A stretch of DNA of 64,000 bases from Epiperipatus broadwayi (taxonomy: Eukaryota; Animalia; Onychophora): the NCBI GenBank assembly GCA_028023455.1, contig JAQFVV010000007.1:15624001-15688000 (forward strand), written 5' to 3'. Positions 25,228-39,160 of the stretch are shown piece by piece. Positions within the stretch are counted from its first letter, which is position 1, and each line of letters opens with the position of its first letter. The position numbers and the translations under genes are program-made. The notes beneath the pieces were generated by a model. It saw nothing but the letters and a program-made list of their open reading frames with translations, did no database searches and was not told where the DNA came from.

Positions 25228-27547
25228 CAGGGGTTGGCAACCTCAGACCTGCAGGCCACATCCGGCCTATGAAAGATTTTTGTCTGTCCCTCCAGCTTAA
25301 CAACTGGACATCAATTATCTAGAGATTATATAACTAGTAGCTATTGATTAGATATCAGTTTTCTGGTAAATGTTTAATAATAATTTATTAACAATTATTA
25401 AATTTCATTACATTACTGAATCTGCAGATACATTTGTTTTCATTGTTTCTTATTTTTCCATACTGATTTCTTTTCTCTATCTTTCCAGAAGCCCTTTTTT
25501 TTTTAAACAAGCCATGAATACTAAGAAAGGAAAGGTAGATCTTGAGTGCTGAAATTTCAACAGAGATTGGACACTTAGCTATTTTTTCATTAAGCACTTT
25601 GGGATATGTATTTGTTTGATCTATAAAGATGCAATTGTCATAAAGAAAGTTTTAAATATAAAATGGCATTATGAAACTCATCATAATTGTTACAACACCT
25701 TCATCAGAAAAATGAAAAGACAAAGTTGTACAACTGAAAAATAATTTAATAAGGCAGTCGTCTTTTTTCACAAGAAAATGTTTAAGAAATTGAGTGAAAC
25801 ACTCATGCTAGTTACAAGGTGTCAAAACTAATTGCAGAAAAGATGAAACCTTTTTTACTGATGGTAAATTCTTTAAAGAATGTATGTTAAAGGTAATGAA
25901 TGTTGTTTGTTCAGAAAAAATGGAATTATTTTCTGCAATAAGCTTATCAGCAAGAACTATAACAAGATGAATTGAAGAACTGTCAGGAAATGTCAGAAAT
26001 GGCCTAAACAGCATTTTAACAAATCAGGAGTATTATTATTTTATTGCTATTGATGAAACCACAGATATGATGGATACTCCAAAATTTGCAATATTTATAA
26101 GGGGTGTAACACTAACATTTGATATTGTGGAAGAATTTGTACAATTGCTTCCTAAGAAGGACACTAGCACTGTAGAAGATATTTTGGGAGGCATTATAAA
26201 ATTTATTTCTGAAATAAATCTTGATTTATCAAAGCTTATTGGAGTAACCACAGATGGATCACCAGCGATGGTTGGAGAGAAAAAGGGTTTGTTTCATTGC
26301 TTCAAGAACGCATTGGTATTGATCACAAACTAATCAAACTTAACTGCATTATTTACCAGGATACATTATGTGCAAAGTTATTGAATTTTAAGGATATCAT
26401 GTCAGTGGTTATAAAACAGTGAATTTTATACTTTCAAGAGGTCTAAATCACTATCAGTTTCAAGAATTACTAAAACATATTGAAGCAGAGTATGGTAAAT
26501 TTTTTAAATATTTGATGGCTTGACCTAAAATGCTGGAATGAGCACTGGGAGAAGAGATTTCTATGTTTTTAGAGAGCAAAGATCAAGATAATTCTTGGTT
26601 TCAAGATCCACAGTGGATTATTAAGTTAGTATTTATGGTAGACATCATGATCCACATGAACAATTTGAATTTTGAGCTTCAAGGAAGGAACAAGCTTATA
26701 TTTGAAATATTTGGTCAAATTATTGCTTTTTAAAGATAACTTTGACTGTGTGAATCACAACATTAGACAGGTTACTATTCTCATTTTTCAAATCTCCAAA
26801 ATCACAAGGAAAATACAATACCAGACATTTTGTTAGCTCTATTCAGGAATTGAGAAGAGAGTTTTCCTCCCATTTTGAAGACTTCCGACAGTATAGAATT
26901 CAATTTATATTATTTGGATCTTCTTATGAAGTTGAGGTAGAATGAGTAGTAGATAATGTGATACATTTTTGAAATCAAAATTTCCCATTGAGTCCACTGC
27001 TAACTTCTACAAGAAATATGTATTGCCAAGCAGAAAATATAAAAACATCTTGAACAATATAAAATAATGACATCATTATTTGCAAGTTCATATGCTTGTG
27101 AACAACTTTTTTCATAAATGGAATATTCTAAAAGTCATTTAAGAAGAAGTTGTGTTTTTGTGATGACCACCTGAAAGTTGTTTTACTTCTGGTATCAACA
27201 AACATTTATTCTGATCTGGAGAAATTAGCAAACAATAAGCAGAAACAAATGTTGCACTAATTAATTTGCCATTTCCACTTGTACTTTGTTTTTAATAAGG
27301 AATTTACAATTTTTTTGTTGTGTTTGCAGTGATTTACTGTTATTCCTACAGTAAAGTAAGTAACCTTGTTTAAATAAAATTACATTTATTTCCTTGTTTT
27401 CTTTAAATATCCAGACTAAGACAGCTTTCTGGATAAAGCAGTCTAAGATTGAGATGATTTATTTGTAGTAAATTTGATATCATGGTCCTCCTTCAGGACA
27501 CTGCATAGCAGTCTGGCCTTCTCTGTCCAAAAGTTTGTCGACCCTTG
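25228..27547 (+). mobile_element. Complete inactivated hAT DNA transposon (Buster/Charlie/SPIN, GTF2IRD2-like transposase pseudogene)
   Basis: TIRs caggggttggcaacct and aagtttgtcgacccttg match at 12/16. The TSD is atctacac (25220-25227) and atctacat (27548-27555), with central TA. Broken ORF motifs include LIAEKMKPFTDG.F.KECM, IAIDETTD, GVTTDGSPAMVGEKKG and CII.Q..LCAK. Confidence 0.92.
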
Positions 27548-28999
27548 ATCTACATACATATTGCAAAAATTCAAATCGACTTTTGCTACTATGAAAGATT
27601 TGTTATTTATCTATATTTGAGTTTTAAGTTTTTTACCAAAGATAGATGAAGCTAACTGGGTCATAGGGGTACTATTGCTTGTACTTTATTTAGAACAATT
27701 TAACCTAGAACATCATTATTTAGTGCTATATTATAAATTTTAATAATAGCTTTACATATATATAATTTAAATGCTTATATACGTTCGCACATGCATACAT
27801 TCATAGCGTTTTCAGAACATACTTTACTGCTAAATGTTAGCAGGGTTTTTATTATATATCATCAGATAGGAACTGATAATTAACGTTTTGATAAATAACG
27901 TTTTTTTTTTTTTTGGTTTTTTTTTGCCACAAGTGTATATTTACTGCAGCATATCTGATGAAATATTGATGTGAAACCTATTAACATAATCCTTTGTCAA
28001 TAATAAATGAGTTTTTGTGATCTTTATTAAACTAAATTTAATAAAAATTCTAAAATTAAGAAAAGAAAATGAAATTAAAATTTTATTGATATTTTCTTAC
28101 TCTCATCTATATATTTTTTTTAATATTAAAAAAAAAAGGGGGGGGGGGAGCCTTGATCGCTATACAAAAATAATTAATATCTGTAATAACTTTTCAAAAC
28201 GTTTTATTTATTGCATTTTTCAAAATCGAAATTTCTCCATTATATAGCACCAGTAATAAGAAAACATGCCGTTTTATCAACAATGTATATAAGAATAAAA
28301 CGTACAACCCCCCCCCCCACAGCACTTATAATTTTATTTATTTATTTTAGCACTTATATAAAATATCCGTAGTCTTACTATAAAATTGTATATTCACAAT
28401 GTAAACATTCTTAAAATTGTTCACTATCTATATATTTTTTAAATGTTTTCGCAACCTCAATTTCAACTATACATAAGCGTGTGCTCTGAAGTCAACACAA
28501 AAATAAACTGAAGATATTTTGCAAGATACAGATCACGAGAAAATTTGAAATGGATTACATCTTATTAATTTAAAACTTTGTTTAATCAATGAAAAAAATT
28601 GAAATATAGATGCTAAACAAAAATACTAATGTTATTTATCTTTTGTAGATGTCAAGTGAGTACACAATATATATTTATAAAATGTCTTTGAATAGCTGGT
28701 CTGGGCTAGTAATTAATTCATATATAATTTTAAAATTAATTTTAAATGTTTTTCTTCTCATAAAATATAGTGGTTTGATACTAATGTTACGATGTATCAG
28801 AAATTTTATATCAATTCCATATTGTTTAATTTTTATAATTTTAAATTAAAACAACTTTATCGTTCAAAAATATTAACTTTTTTTTTTAAAAAAAAAAAAA
28901 TGCTTATATAAAGTTTTCAGTGATCCTTTTTTTTAAATTTACAAAACAAAACAATTATTTAAGTGTTTTTATGTTTACTTATATGTAATATATAGGGTT

Positions 29000-29725
29000 A
29001 CATATGTTGCAGGAATTAGCAGATGAAAGTAGGAAAGTAGGACTAAAGATAAATGTTAAAAAGACTAAAGTAATGTTTAATCGATTTGCTCAAAATATGA
29101 AAATAAAGATTGATTATGAAGAATTAGAAGAAGTTAACAGTTACAAATACCTTGGTCAGATTATTAATACAGATGGAAACATAATGGAGGAAATTAATCA
29201 TAGAATTAAACTTGGTTGGAGTGCTTTTGGTAGAAATAACTTGATACTAAAAGGAAATATGCCTATGTGTTTGAAAAGAATGGTTTTTAACAAATGTGTT
29301 TTACCAGTTCTTATTTATGGATCTGAGACTTGGACACTTAATAGAAGAGCAATACAGAGACTTCAGACCACTCAAAGGAGTATGGAGAGATGTATGTTGG
29401 GAGTAACAAGAAGAGATCGAAAACATAATGTATGGGTAAGACAACAAACAGGTGTTACTGACCTTATTGAAAAAATTAAAAGATTGAAATGGAGTTGGGC
29501 TGGACATATTGCTAGAAGAAATAATAATAGATGGACAATTGGAAATTTTAAACTGGATTCTAAGAGATTGTAAAAGACCCAGAAAGAGACATGTGAGATG
29601 GATGGATGAAATAAGAAAATGTGCAGGTGTGTTGTGGAAAAGAGAAGCTAAAGATTGGAGAAGATGGATTAAACTTGGAGAGACCTTCATCCTGCAGTGG
29701 ATTGATAATGTTTGATGATGATGAT
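29000..29725 (+). mobile_element. Best-preserved 5'-truncated RTE LINE copy
   Basis: ORF 29004-29573 has LQELADESRKVGLKINVKKTK, YKYLGQ, YGSETWTL and LKWSWAGHIARR. The frameshifted continuation ends FILQWIDNV*, followed by a (GAT)n tail. Confidence 0.93.
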
Positions 29726-30239
29726 ATTAATACAGGTATTAATAAGCCTGTATTTCAGTTATTTATTTATATAGTAAGTTCTCTGCCCAAAGGCAAGTAA
29801 AAGTAGTAAGTAATGAAGTAAATTCAGTACTTTGACCATATATAACACTTGGTGGTTGTACTTTTGCAATTATGTGTGATGATTGTATTTATATATTGGA
29901 CTATTTTCCATCATCTAATATGTGTATTGAATGTTTTTAGAAAAATTTAACTTTATTTAAATATTCCAAATACATTCAACTGTTAGTAATAGCACATCAA
30001 GCGTGGGATAATATATCATAACATTAATGAATTATATTATTAAAATACTATTATTAAGAGTGTGAAAGTCAATTTTGTATATATATTTTAATTGGAACAT
30101 AATTCTTCATTTTTGAATAATGTTAATATTGATTACTCCATTCTCAACTTTATCATTATAGTAATGTTCTCCACAAATAAAGAATTTTAAATATTGCAGC
30201 AATTATAAAAAATATAAACAGTAATTGAAAATTATTATC

Positions 30240-30500
30240 CACTGCCTAAGTGTCAACAACCACTTCCAGATCACTCTTCAACTTGTTTTTCATATGCTTC
30301 CACTACTATTAATTTCATTCATTCTGAAATTTTACTGATCAAGATAGCCTCGGTTATTTCCCTCTTCTTGACTCATTCATATTTTTAAAATTATGACATC
30401 CTTTTTCTGTGTGTGCACCTGTCTCATTGCATGTCCAAAATAATGTAGCTTTCTTCACTTCCATCATATCCCCTTCACCAAAATCCATTCATTAGATTGC
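30240..30500 (-). mobile_element. RTE-like 3' fragment
   Basis: Reverse complement reads KATLFWTCN/HYFGHAMR...RRGK, resembling an RTE C-terminus. Confidence 0.45.
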
Positions 30501-30549
30501 TTTATATTTTAAAATATTTCAAAATAATAATCATTTTTACATTAAGTAA

Positions 30550-31137
30550 TAAAAATAAAGATTGATTATGATAAGTTAGAAAAAGATAATGATTACAAAT
30601 TCCTTGGTCAGATTATTACTACAGATGGAAGCATAATGGATGAAATTAATCATAGAATTAAACTTGGTTGGAGTGCTTTGGTAGGAATATGCCTATGTGT
30701 TTGAAAAGGAAGGCTTTTAATAAATGTGTTTTATCAGTTCTTACTTATGGATCTGAGACTAGAAGAGCAATATGAAGACTTCAGACCACTCAAAGAAAGT
30801 ATTGAGAGATACATGTTAAAAATAATTAGAAGAGATCAACAACTCAATATATGGGTAAGAGAACAAACAAGTGTTGTTGACATCATTGAAAGAATTAAAA
30901 CATTGAATTGGAGTTGGCCTGGACATATTTGTAGAAATGATAATAGATGGACAACTAAAATCTTAAACTGGATTTCAAATAAATGTAAAAGACTCAGAAA
31001 GAGACCACATGTAGGTTGGATGAAATAAGAAAGTGTGCAGGATGTGGAGAAGGGCTAGAGATCAGAGAAGATGGATTGAACTTGGAGAGACCTTTATTCT
31101 GAAGTGGATTGATAATGGTTGACAATGATGATGATGA
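30550..31137 (+). mobile_element. RTE LINE 3' fragment
   Basis: Homologous to 29100-29725. ORF 30726-31028 contains WVREQT...LNWSWPGHICR. It has a (GAT)n tail. Confidence 0.85.
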
Positions 31138-31429
31138 ATGTATTTTAAAATTTTATTTTAAAAATGCTTTATAATAGGTGTGCTATATTTATAGTATTTG
31201 CTGGTAACATTCACCAAGGATAACCTACATCCATAGATACAAAACACTATATTTTTCAGCTCAAAATACAGATTCTTTTTAATAATATGTGCTCTCATCT
31301 GTCATATGAACTTTACTGCATACATACCTTAAAACATTATGACAATAAAGCAAAATAGAATTCCATAATTATTAAAAAAGTCAGTGAAATAATATATTAA
31401 GAGTATTTTTTTATATATGTATGTGTTTG

Positions 31430-31800
31430 TATGAAAGTTTGTGGTGATGGTATTTTTAAATGTCAAAAAAAAATAATTCAAACTTTATTTAACAGTTTCA
31501 AACTCATTTAACTGTTAGGCTAATAAAAAACGATTCAAGTGGTATTATTTTTTTTTGTCTTTCATATGCTGCCAACGCTGATCTATAGCAATTAGTATAT
31601 AAAACAACATTTCAAATGATTGTAATCTTACAGGTGGTGCTGGTCTAACCAGTGACAGTACTAGCGTAGGGATTATTTTTCTAGTTCTGCCACTGATCAT
31701 GCCAGCTACACCAGAATGAAAAAGAATAACATTATTTGAAACATTGTCTATATTTTAACATGTTGTTTTTACTAACAGATAAATGTAATTGTAAAGTTTA
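31430..31800. mobile_element. Internally collapsed copy of foldback family B
   Basis: caggtggtgctggtctaaccagtgacagtactag pairs with ctagttctgccactgatcatgccagctacacc. Shares arms with 57843-58395. Confidence 0.55.
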
Positions 31801-33949
31801 CATAGGGTTTGAATCTTTTAAAAGACATGTAACCATTCTAAATGATGGAAATAGTTTAGCATATGGATCTCATGATGTATATGCATGTAAATAGATTTAG
31901 TGGATCACTTCCTGGGATGAAAATTGTTGATGATGAAATGTAAAAGATATTTCTGTTTTTCTTTTACTAACTTTTCTGCATTGATTCTTTATTATTGCAT
32001 ATTTTCAAAAATAACTGACATTTTGGGATTGTCTGTTAATCTTTTTTAGAACTCAAAATTGTTCTTTTTAAATATTGGAGATCTGAAGAAGACTGTTGGG
32101 TGATCAAAATTAACAATATATTTTGAAAATATGGAATAATATTATATTGTATTTGCATTGCCTAAAGTGAATGAACAAATGCATTGTACTTTTTTTAAGT
32201 TTGCAAACATTCACCCCAATTAAATTGATACTTTTATTTTATTATGTAAATTAATTTTTAATTTTGTAACCTGAGCACTTCCACTGAGAAGCCTTGCTAG
32301 AATTAGAATGGCCACTACAAGACAATAGAGTAAAGAATGTGTAATTAAAAATTGCATACAAAGTTATTAGCTATTTTCTACTATACATGCTATCTGCAAG
32401 AGGGACTTGGGACAACATACAGCAGATGTGGGTGATATACTTTAATAATAATAAGTTTATGAATATATGTATGCTTGTATGTATGCCTATTTGAATGTGA
32501 AGTCATTTGCTTGAGAGCAAGATGGCTAAGGCAACTGCCAAATACCTATTCTGATTAATGTTATCAGTAGTTTATCAATGCTTACCATATCCTAACTTAA
32601 TGTAGAATTAATTAGATCTTTATATCATTAATTTATATAGCACTACATGTTTTAATGCAGTGGTAAATGGACCAACCTTAAGCTCAAGATCCTATGTTAT
32701 ATTCCTCCGTATATTTTAGGTGCAGTAGTGGATAAGAGTGCTGGTTTCTGTAACTGAAGGACCTAAAACCGTAGGCTCAGTTCTGTCACTTGTGGTTCTT
32801 AAAATTCTTCTGGACTCCTTAGCATTAAACTTTTCGATTAAGTTATATAGATAAATGCACCAGTCTTTAATATCGATATCTGTCTGTATTTATATGTATA
32901 TAATTTTAGATATTCATTTAGTTTTTCTAAAATAGCAATATTTTTTTTATTAATACTTAGAAAAGCGAGATATTTCTTGAATGGAGCATTCCCAGATCTT
33001 TTCTTACAAAAATAAAATACAGCATCATATAGTAGATTGGATGATAAAAGAAAACCTAGGTCAACTTGTTATTTGACATGAAATGAGATCAACGAGTCAC
33101 TATAATAGTTGAGCTTGAACAGTATTTTATTACTTCCGAATTGTAAAATAAGACAAAGATAAAATAAAACAAATTCTACTTTATAATCCTCTCTAATGTG
33201 TTAACCAATCTAACCCCTAAACCTGAAAGCTAATCACGTTTAATTTGAAAATATTAAAAGTAGGGATATGTAAATGAGCAGAGCAGCTGTCCTGTTATCA
33301 GTAAATGTAGTAAAGAATGTCAAGAGGGAGTGGATATTACATTTTAATTGTACATAAAAAAAAAGACTAAAGGAATTCTATATTTTTATTCGTTAATATA
33401 ATTTTTTCTTATGGATTTCTACCGAAATATGATAATAATGAGATGTATTTGTTTTATAGTTCAGAAAAAGACAAAAACACGATTGTATATTTAGAAATCG
33501 AATGATCGCAAAAACATTTCAAAAAATTAAATTAAAATAATAAATAGAATACAGTAATCTAAATCGTTAGTTCTCGAGATGTCAGGTGGCATTTGAATCC
33601 TAAAAGTATTAAGTTTGAACATTGAACCAGTAAAGTTTAGTTCGTAAGTCAATCATATGGTCACTGCTCAAAACTATATAGGCCATAACAGATATATACA
33701 TTTGAAAAAACAAAATGGAATTATGGACTTATCAGATTTGCGGGTGTTATGTTACCCCCACTCACCCTCTGTGTTTACTCTTTTCTGATTCTTTACACCA
33801 TAACGTCTTTCTAATTAAAAGGTCCATGATATATCTTCTCCAAGTATTATCATGTTTAAATATTTTTACAAATGATTTCTCTGGCTTTGTGGCAAGTTTT
33901 TTTTAAAAATAATAATAATGAAGATAAAACTGAGAACTCATTGACCATA

Positions 33950-34760
33950 TTTGTAACATATCACCCTTCACTAATTCACATATTGATATTTATCTGGTGA
34001 ACCCAAATTACTCTGAACTCATCAGATGAGGATAGCAAGACTTCTGTTCTCAACCATATTTATTAATAGAGTTGATTGAAATGATTGTCTCTCTTCAAGC
34101 CTCATGCAGATTTGAACCTCATGTCATGGTCAGGATTCTCGTTATTATAAATTTTTACACAACATCCTTGAACCCATAGCGATTAGCTGCTTTATACACT
34201 GATCAACTATACTATAGTGACTTTCAGAGCAATAGATAAAGTGAATATTTCTCATGTATTAAAATAATATAAATCAGGTGATAAAAATTGATCCCTTGCT
34301 TTATATGAGAGTGGTGTAGTAAAGGAATATTGAATTGCCTACTCACTTTCTAAGCAAAAACCATGTACAAAATGCGTCTTATAATGAGAGAATAATTCAA
34401 ATTTTTGTACTGATAATGGGTATAATGTGGTGCAGTTTAATTGAGGGCTGCATTGATATTCCTTCCCTCCTAAATAAAACAACTTGAAAATATCTCTCTG
34501 ATGCTATATCCTTGTTTGATAATGGTAAAATAGAAATGTATCGTGCCTTCTATTAATATTGGTGTGGAGATCCAGGTGTTTGACACCTAGTTTATCTGAT
34601 GAGGGAAGGTTATTTTCGAAATTTATGCATAGTGATTTGCCCGAGGGATCTGAGTTTTTGCATTGGCTGCTGATCGTAATATAGTGGCGTTGAGTTGAGG
34701 TAGGGATGCACCAATGAAAATCTTGACAATATAAACCAGATGTTTTTATTTTTAAAAATA
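33950..34760 (-). mobile_element. Possible decayed non-LTR RT fragment
   Basis: The - strand has HIKQGSIF.SPD, resembling the RT QG..LSP motif, near 34280-34305. The block is GC-richer than its surroundings. Confidence 0.25.
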
Positions 34761-35489
34761 TCAAATGAGAAGTGTCTTATTGATTTTAAGGTGGAGCCTC
34801 CTCCCTGTTTTTAAGTAACACCCCTTTTTATGCTAGTCATTTAGTGCCTTTTGCAATAGAATTGAATTGGATAGCAATTAATTTAGAGGATTTGTGTACT
34901 TTTTAATAGGGATTTTCTCGGCAAGATTTTCTTCTGCCAGTTTCTTAATCTTTCTAGAAATATTCCGTTTTAATAGGATTTGGGACATTTATTGAAGAAA
35001 AAGCTACATTTCTCTTCATACATAAAATATGCTTCTCAGAGGAAACTTTATGATTATTAGCATTTTTAAACAATCAAAGGAACAAAAAAACGCATCTTCT
35101 TTTTTTTTTTATACTGTAACTAGTTTTCAAAATAAATGTCTTTGAAGATATTAAAATATTGGGGATTAACAATATTGAAGTCATAAATATAAAATCGAGT
35201 TAATCAGAAATGGGAAAATGAATTAGATGTCAATAGTGTTCTTTTTTTCTTTTTAAATAAAAAAAAACACTAAGATTTATTATAAATTATGCAGTTTTGT
35301 GAAAATTATCAATTGGGATCAATATTTTCTAATTAAATTTTTAATCAGTTTAGTTAATTAAGTGAATATTTTGTTAAAATTTATAACAAAAAGAATTAAA
35401 CAAATTTAAATTTCATGCATGATACACACACAAATCACCATATACATATATATTCACATATTTCAAGAGACAATAGTTCGATATTAATA

Positions 35490-35830
35490 TTTTCCCACCA
35501 GTCATTTATCGGTAGCGAGCAGTAATCGACTGTCACCGGCAATAATGCTCTGCGCGTTTAATGTAACTTTGTATGAACTACCGAGCAATAAAGTCGTTTA
35601 ATTATTTTTGTTCGGCATGGCTTAGTACCGTGGTAGGGTATCAAAACTCTGGAATATACGGTCCTCAGATCCAGTTCTGACTCTTCAAGCGCTTGGACTT
35701 TTTTATGAATTCCTGAGCTGCAAAACCATTCGATTATTTATTTCATGCATTGCATCAGAGCAGTAACACAATGTCCCTGGGTTGCAGCTCACTTATTTCA
35801 CCTCTGTTCCGAGCAATAAACCATTGTCAC
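35490..35830. promoter_or_regulatory. CpG-retaining island / putative promoter
   Basis: Dense CpGs (atcggtagcgagcagtaatcgactgtcaccggc, gcgcg) and two ccgagcaataaa motifs at 35581 and 35809. Confidence 0.4.
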
Positions 35831-35979
35831 TATTTTTAATCAGCCATAATTATACGTTATGATCTGGTCAGTAGTGCTGGAACATTCATGGCAATTGAAA
35901 TGATCATTCCCATATTTATTAAATATTATGGTGCAGTCCATACTCCTAAACATTTAGTTGTCAACGTATCTGTACATTT

Positions 35980-36175
35980 CATCATTATCATCAACCATTA
36001 TCGATCCACTGTAGGATGGTCTCTCCAAGTTCAATCAATTTCCGATTTCTAGTCTCTTTTCTCCACTTCACCTCAGCATACTTCCTTATTTCACCCATCC
36101 ATTTTACATATGATCTCTTTCTAGGTCTTTTTTTACAATCTCTTGGGAATCCAATTAAGATTTCAATCGTATGTT
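35980..36175 (-). mobile_element. RTE LINE 3' fragment
   Basis: ORF 35991-36194 ends KKRPRKRSYVKW...ELGETILQWIDNG. Confidence 0.85.
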
Positions 36176-37237
36176 TAGGTATACGTATACACACGTTGTA
36201 AATGCAAAAATTTTAAAAGTTCTTAAAATGATCAAAATTATCATATATAGTTTGTACACGCACACACGTAATCTATAGTTATGAAATTTATTAAATTCAG
36301 GACAGAACTACTTGTTTTTGAAGTTATGATTTGCGTTTGGATAAACTGTAAATAGATAACATTATTCAAGCACCTGCTTTATGTAATGTTGCGCAGTTGA
36401 ATTGATTCTAAATAAAACTACTGTTGTTGTTTTCTTTTGTAAACTGCTTAAAGGAAATTTTTTTATTTAATTATTTTTGCATAATTTAATGTAAAACTAT
36501 AATAACAAAACGAGTTTTTTTTTACTTTTGTTTTAAATGTCTTTTGTATAGTGCCAATATTATTAGGTGCTCCCAAGTCACCGTCGATTTCTAGTAATCA
36601 TATGAATGGCGTTCTGTTGATTCATAAGATGTTTCTCATCGTTTTAAAAGCAGTTATAATTCACAGTTTGAAATGACGTTTCGTTATTGACGCGATTCTG
36701 ATCTAACATCATTTTATATGACTTTTGCCAGTATAGCGTAGTAACAATAAGAAATTAAGCAAAAATAAATGTAAATTTAAGAAAGGCGAAATAGAAGCAA
36801 GACAATAAACATAATTATATTAAAAAGAATCAAGACAATGAATATTAATGGATTATGTTTCTTTATAAAAGGTTATGAAATGAGGGAAGGTGAAAATAAA
36901 AAATGTAGATGGGAGGTATAATTAATAATGAGAAAAATAATGCACCTAACCATGGCACTCGAAGTTACTCAATTTATATTACATTGCATATTAATTAATG
37001 TTTCTATATTATATGATAATGTAGTTTAAGTATATATCTGAATATATGAAAAGCAAGCATGCGAAAAGGTCTTACAAAGTAAAGGTTAGAATGTTTCCCT
37101 GCCATGACCTGCCATTCACTTTAACATTATATTTAGAAACTTTCTTAAAATAGCTAGAGATTTTTTAAAACTAGTTTAGAATATTTTTCAGAGACAGCTC
37201 CTAGATCAAATCACATTAGAGATTAAACTATCATTTG

Positions 37238-38282
37238 TTAATATCTAACTATTGCATTAATCAGCACCTGATTTTTTTGGTTTTTATTAATTAAATAGTT
37301 CCTAGGAAGTTCGAGTACCAAAGATGATAGAGCCGGATCATGCTCCCTGACCTAAAAAATCTGCCATTTTACTTTTGTACCAAATCATGCAGAGCCAAAT
37401 AATTGATGACTCATTACCTGAGAGTTCATAAGAAGCATGAACACTGGAAGTGACAGAATGAATCCATAATCTGTGAATTTTAAGTTTGGCTGCTCTAAAC
37501 CATGTAGGGTATTATTGTATAAATATCTTGTTATTGTTTTTCTGTTCACTAAGGTATTGGAGATGTGTTGGAGATACTTCGCAGGTGAGCTATTGAAAGA
37601 TGATTCATCTTTTACTAATTTATTAAATGACAAAGATAGCCATGGGTTCAGCACATATAAGTATATTTCACCCTCTTTGGTAGCTAGAAAATCTGCATTT
37701 TAATACAATTGTGATTGACTCCAAATTGTGTAATTTTTACACTTAGCTGAGAATAATGTTTGATTGATTTAGTGAGTATTGGATAGCTAATCATATTCTT
37801 GTAACCTGGAAAAATTCTAAAGTTTGCTTAGAAAATACTCAAATCGGTTTTCTGAAAAAAAAAAAAAAAACATTTCCAGCTCCATTTACATTTAAAACTC
37901 TTAAGGCATAGATAAACAGGCATATGATTTAATCATTTATATTAAAAGGCCTTTTTTACAAAAGTGACTTGTATATCATATTTTACATACTTGAGAGTAG
38001 TAGTGGACAGGAAATGATAATACAATCAAATTTATCTGGCATTTCCTACCAGAAAAAGACCAATTAGTCATGAATATTCTATAATCAAGATATGCCCAAC
38101 TATAAAATATTATATATAAGTAATCCACTAAGAGTAGTATAGCAAGAAATACTTTTTATGGTTTTTTTTAATTGGAGAATGATGAGTATAAGGTTTTTTT
38201 TTATACTTTTTGGCAATTTTATTAAAAGCAGTATACCAAGATGGCTTGGATATTGTCAGAAGAATAGAGAATAAAAAAGAGA
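37238..38282 (-). CDS. Putative unidentified multi-exon gene segment (exons 38282-38237, 38045-37991, 37683-37418, 37351-37238)
   Basis: GT-AG introns with consistent phases (2>0, 0>1, 1>0, 0>stop) and one 266-nt open exon. The spliced peptide is LFFILYSSDNIQAIL-EMPDKFDCIIISCPLLLST-TKEGEIYLYVLNPW...GFILSLPVFMLLMNSQ-VREHDPALSSLVLELPRNYL...IVRY*. I did not recognise a homolog. Confidence 0.55.
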
Positions 38283-38479
38283 CTGAAGATAAATAAACAG
38301 TTTAAAGAAAATTAAATAGAAAAATGAAAAGTGACTTTAAGGAGACAGAAACAAAATTGTGTGTGAATCCAGAAATATACTTCACAATGCTTTTAAACTT
38401 TCTTGAACTACATTTCTGGATTAAAATTTTTTGTTTTAGATATATTTTCACCTTTAGTTTTTGCAACAGTTTTGCAAGA

Positions 38480-39160
38480 AGTATTTTATGGATTAAAATA
38501 AATGGAGATTATTTAAGTCATCTAGATTTTGCAGATGATTGCTTTTGCAAATACTACTTTAGGTACAAGTAGAAAAATAAGATTAAAAGTAAATGCTAAA
38601 AAGATTAAGATAATGTTTAATGGGTTGTCTAAAATAAACAATGAGAATAAAGATTGTCAATGGTGAATTAGAAGTTAATAGCAACATACTATCTTGGTCA
38701 GATTAGTAATACAGATGAAAACATAACAGGTGAAATTAATCATAGAATTAAACTTGATTGGAGTGCTTTTGGTAGAAATAACTTAATATTAAATGAAAAA
38801 ATGCCTATGTGTTTGAAAAAGAAGGTTTTTAATAAATGTCCTTTACCAGTTCTTACTTATGAGTCTGAGACTGGGATACTTAACAAAAGAGCAATACAGT
38901 GACTCCAGACCACTCAGCAAAGTATGGAGATATGCATATTAGGAACCAGAAGAAGAGATTGAAAATAAAATACATGGGTGAGAGAACTAACAGGTGTTAT
39001 GACAACATTGAAAAAATTAAGAGGCTAAAGTGGAGTTGGGCCAGACATATTGCTAGAAAAGATGATAATAGGTGGACAGTTGAAATCTTAAAAAAAAACT
39101 GGATTCCAATAAATTAAAAAAACCTAGAAAAAGACCACATGTGAGATGGATGGATGGAAT
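38480..39160 (+). mobile_element. RTE LINE fragment (RT to near 3' end)
   Basis: INGDYLSHLDFADD at ~38500-38540, then degenerate homology to 29000-29610. Confidence 0.85.

Noticed and set aside
32080-32125. SEEDCWVI resembling a cytochrome b5 motif
   Set aside because: It is too short, is followed by a stop and has no partner exons.
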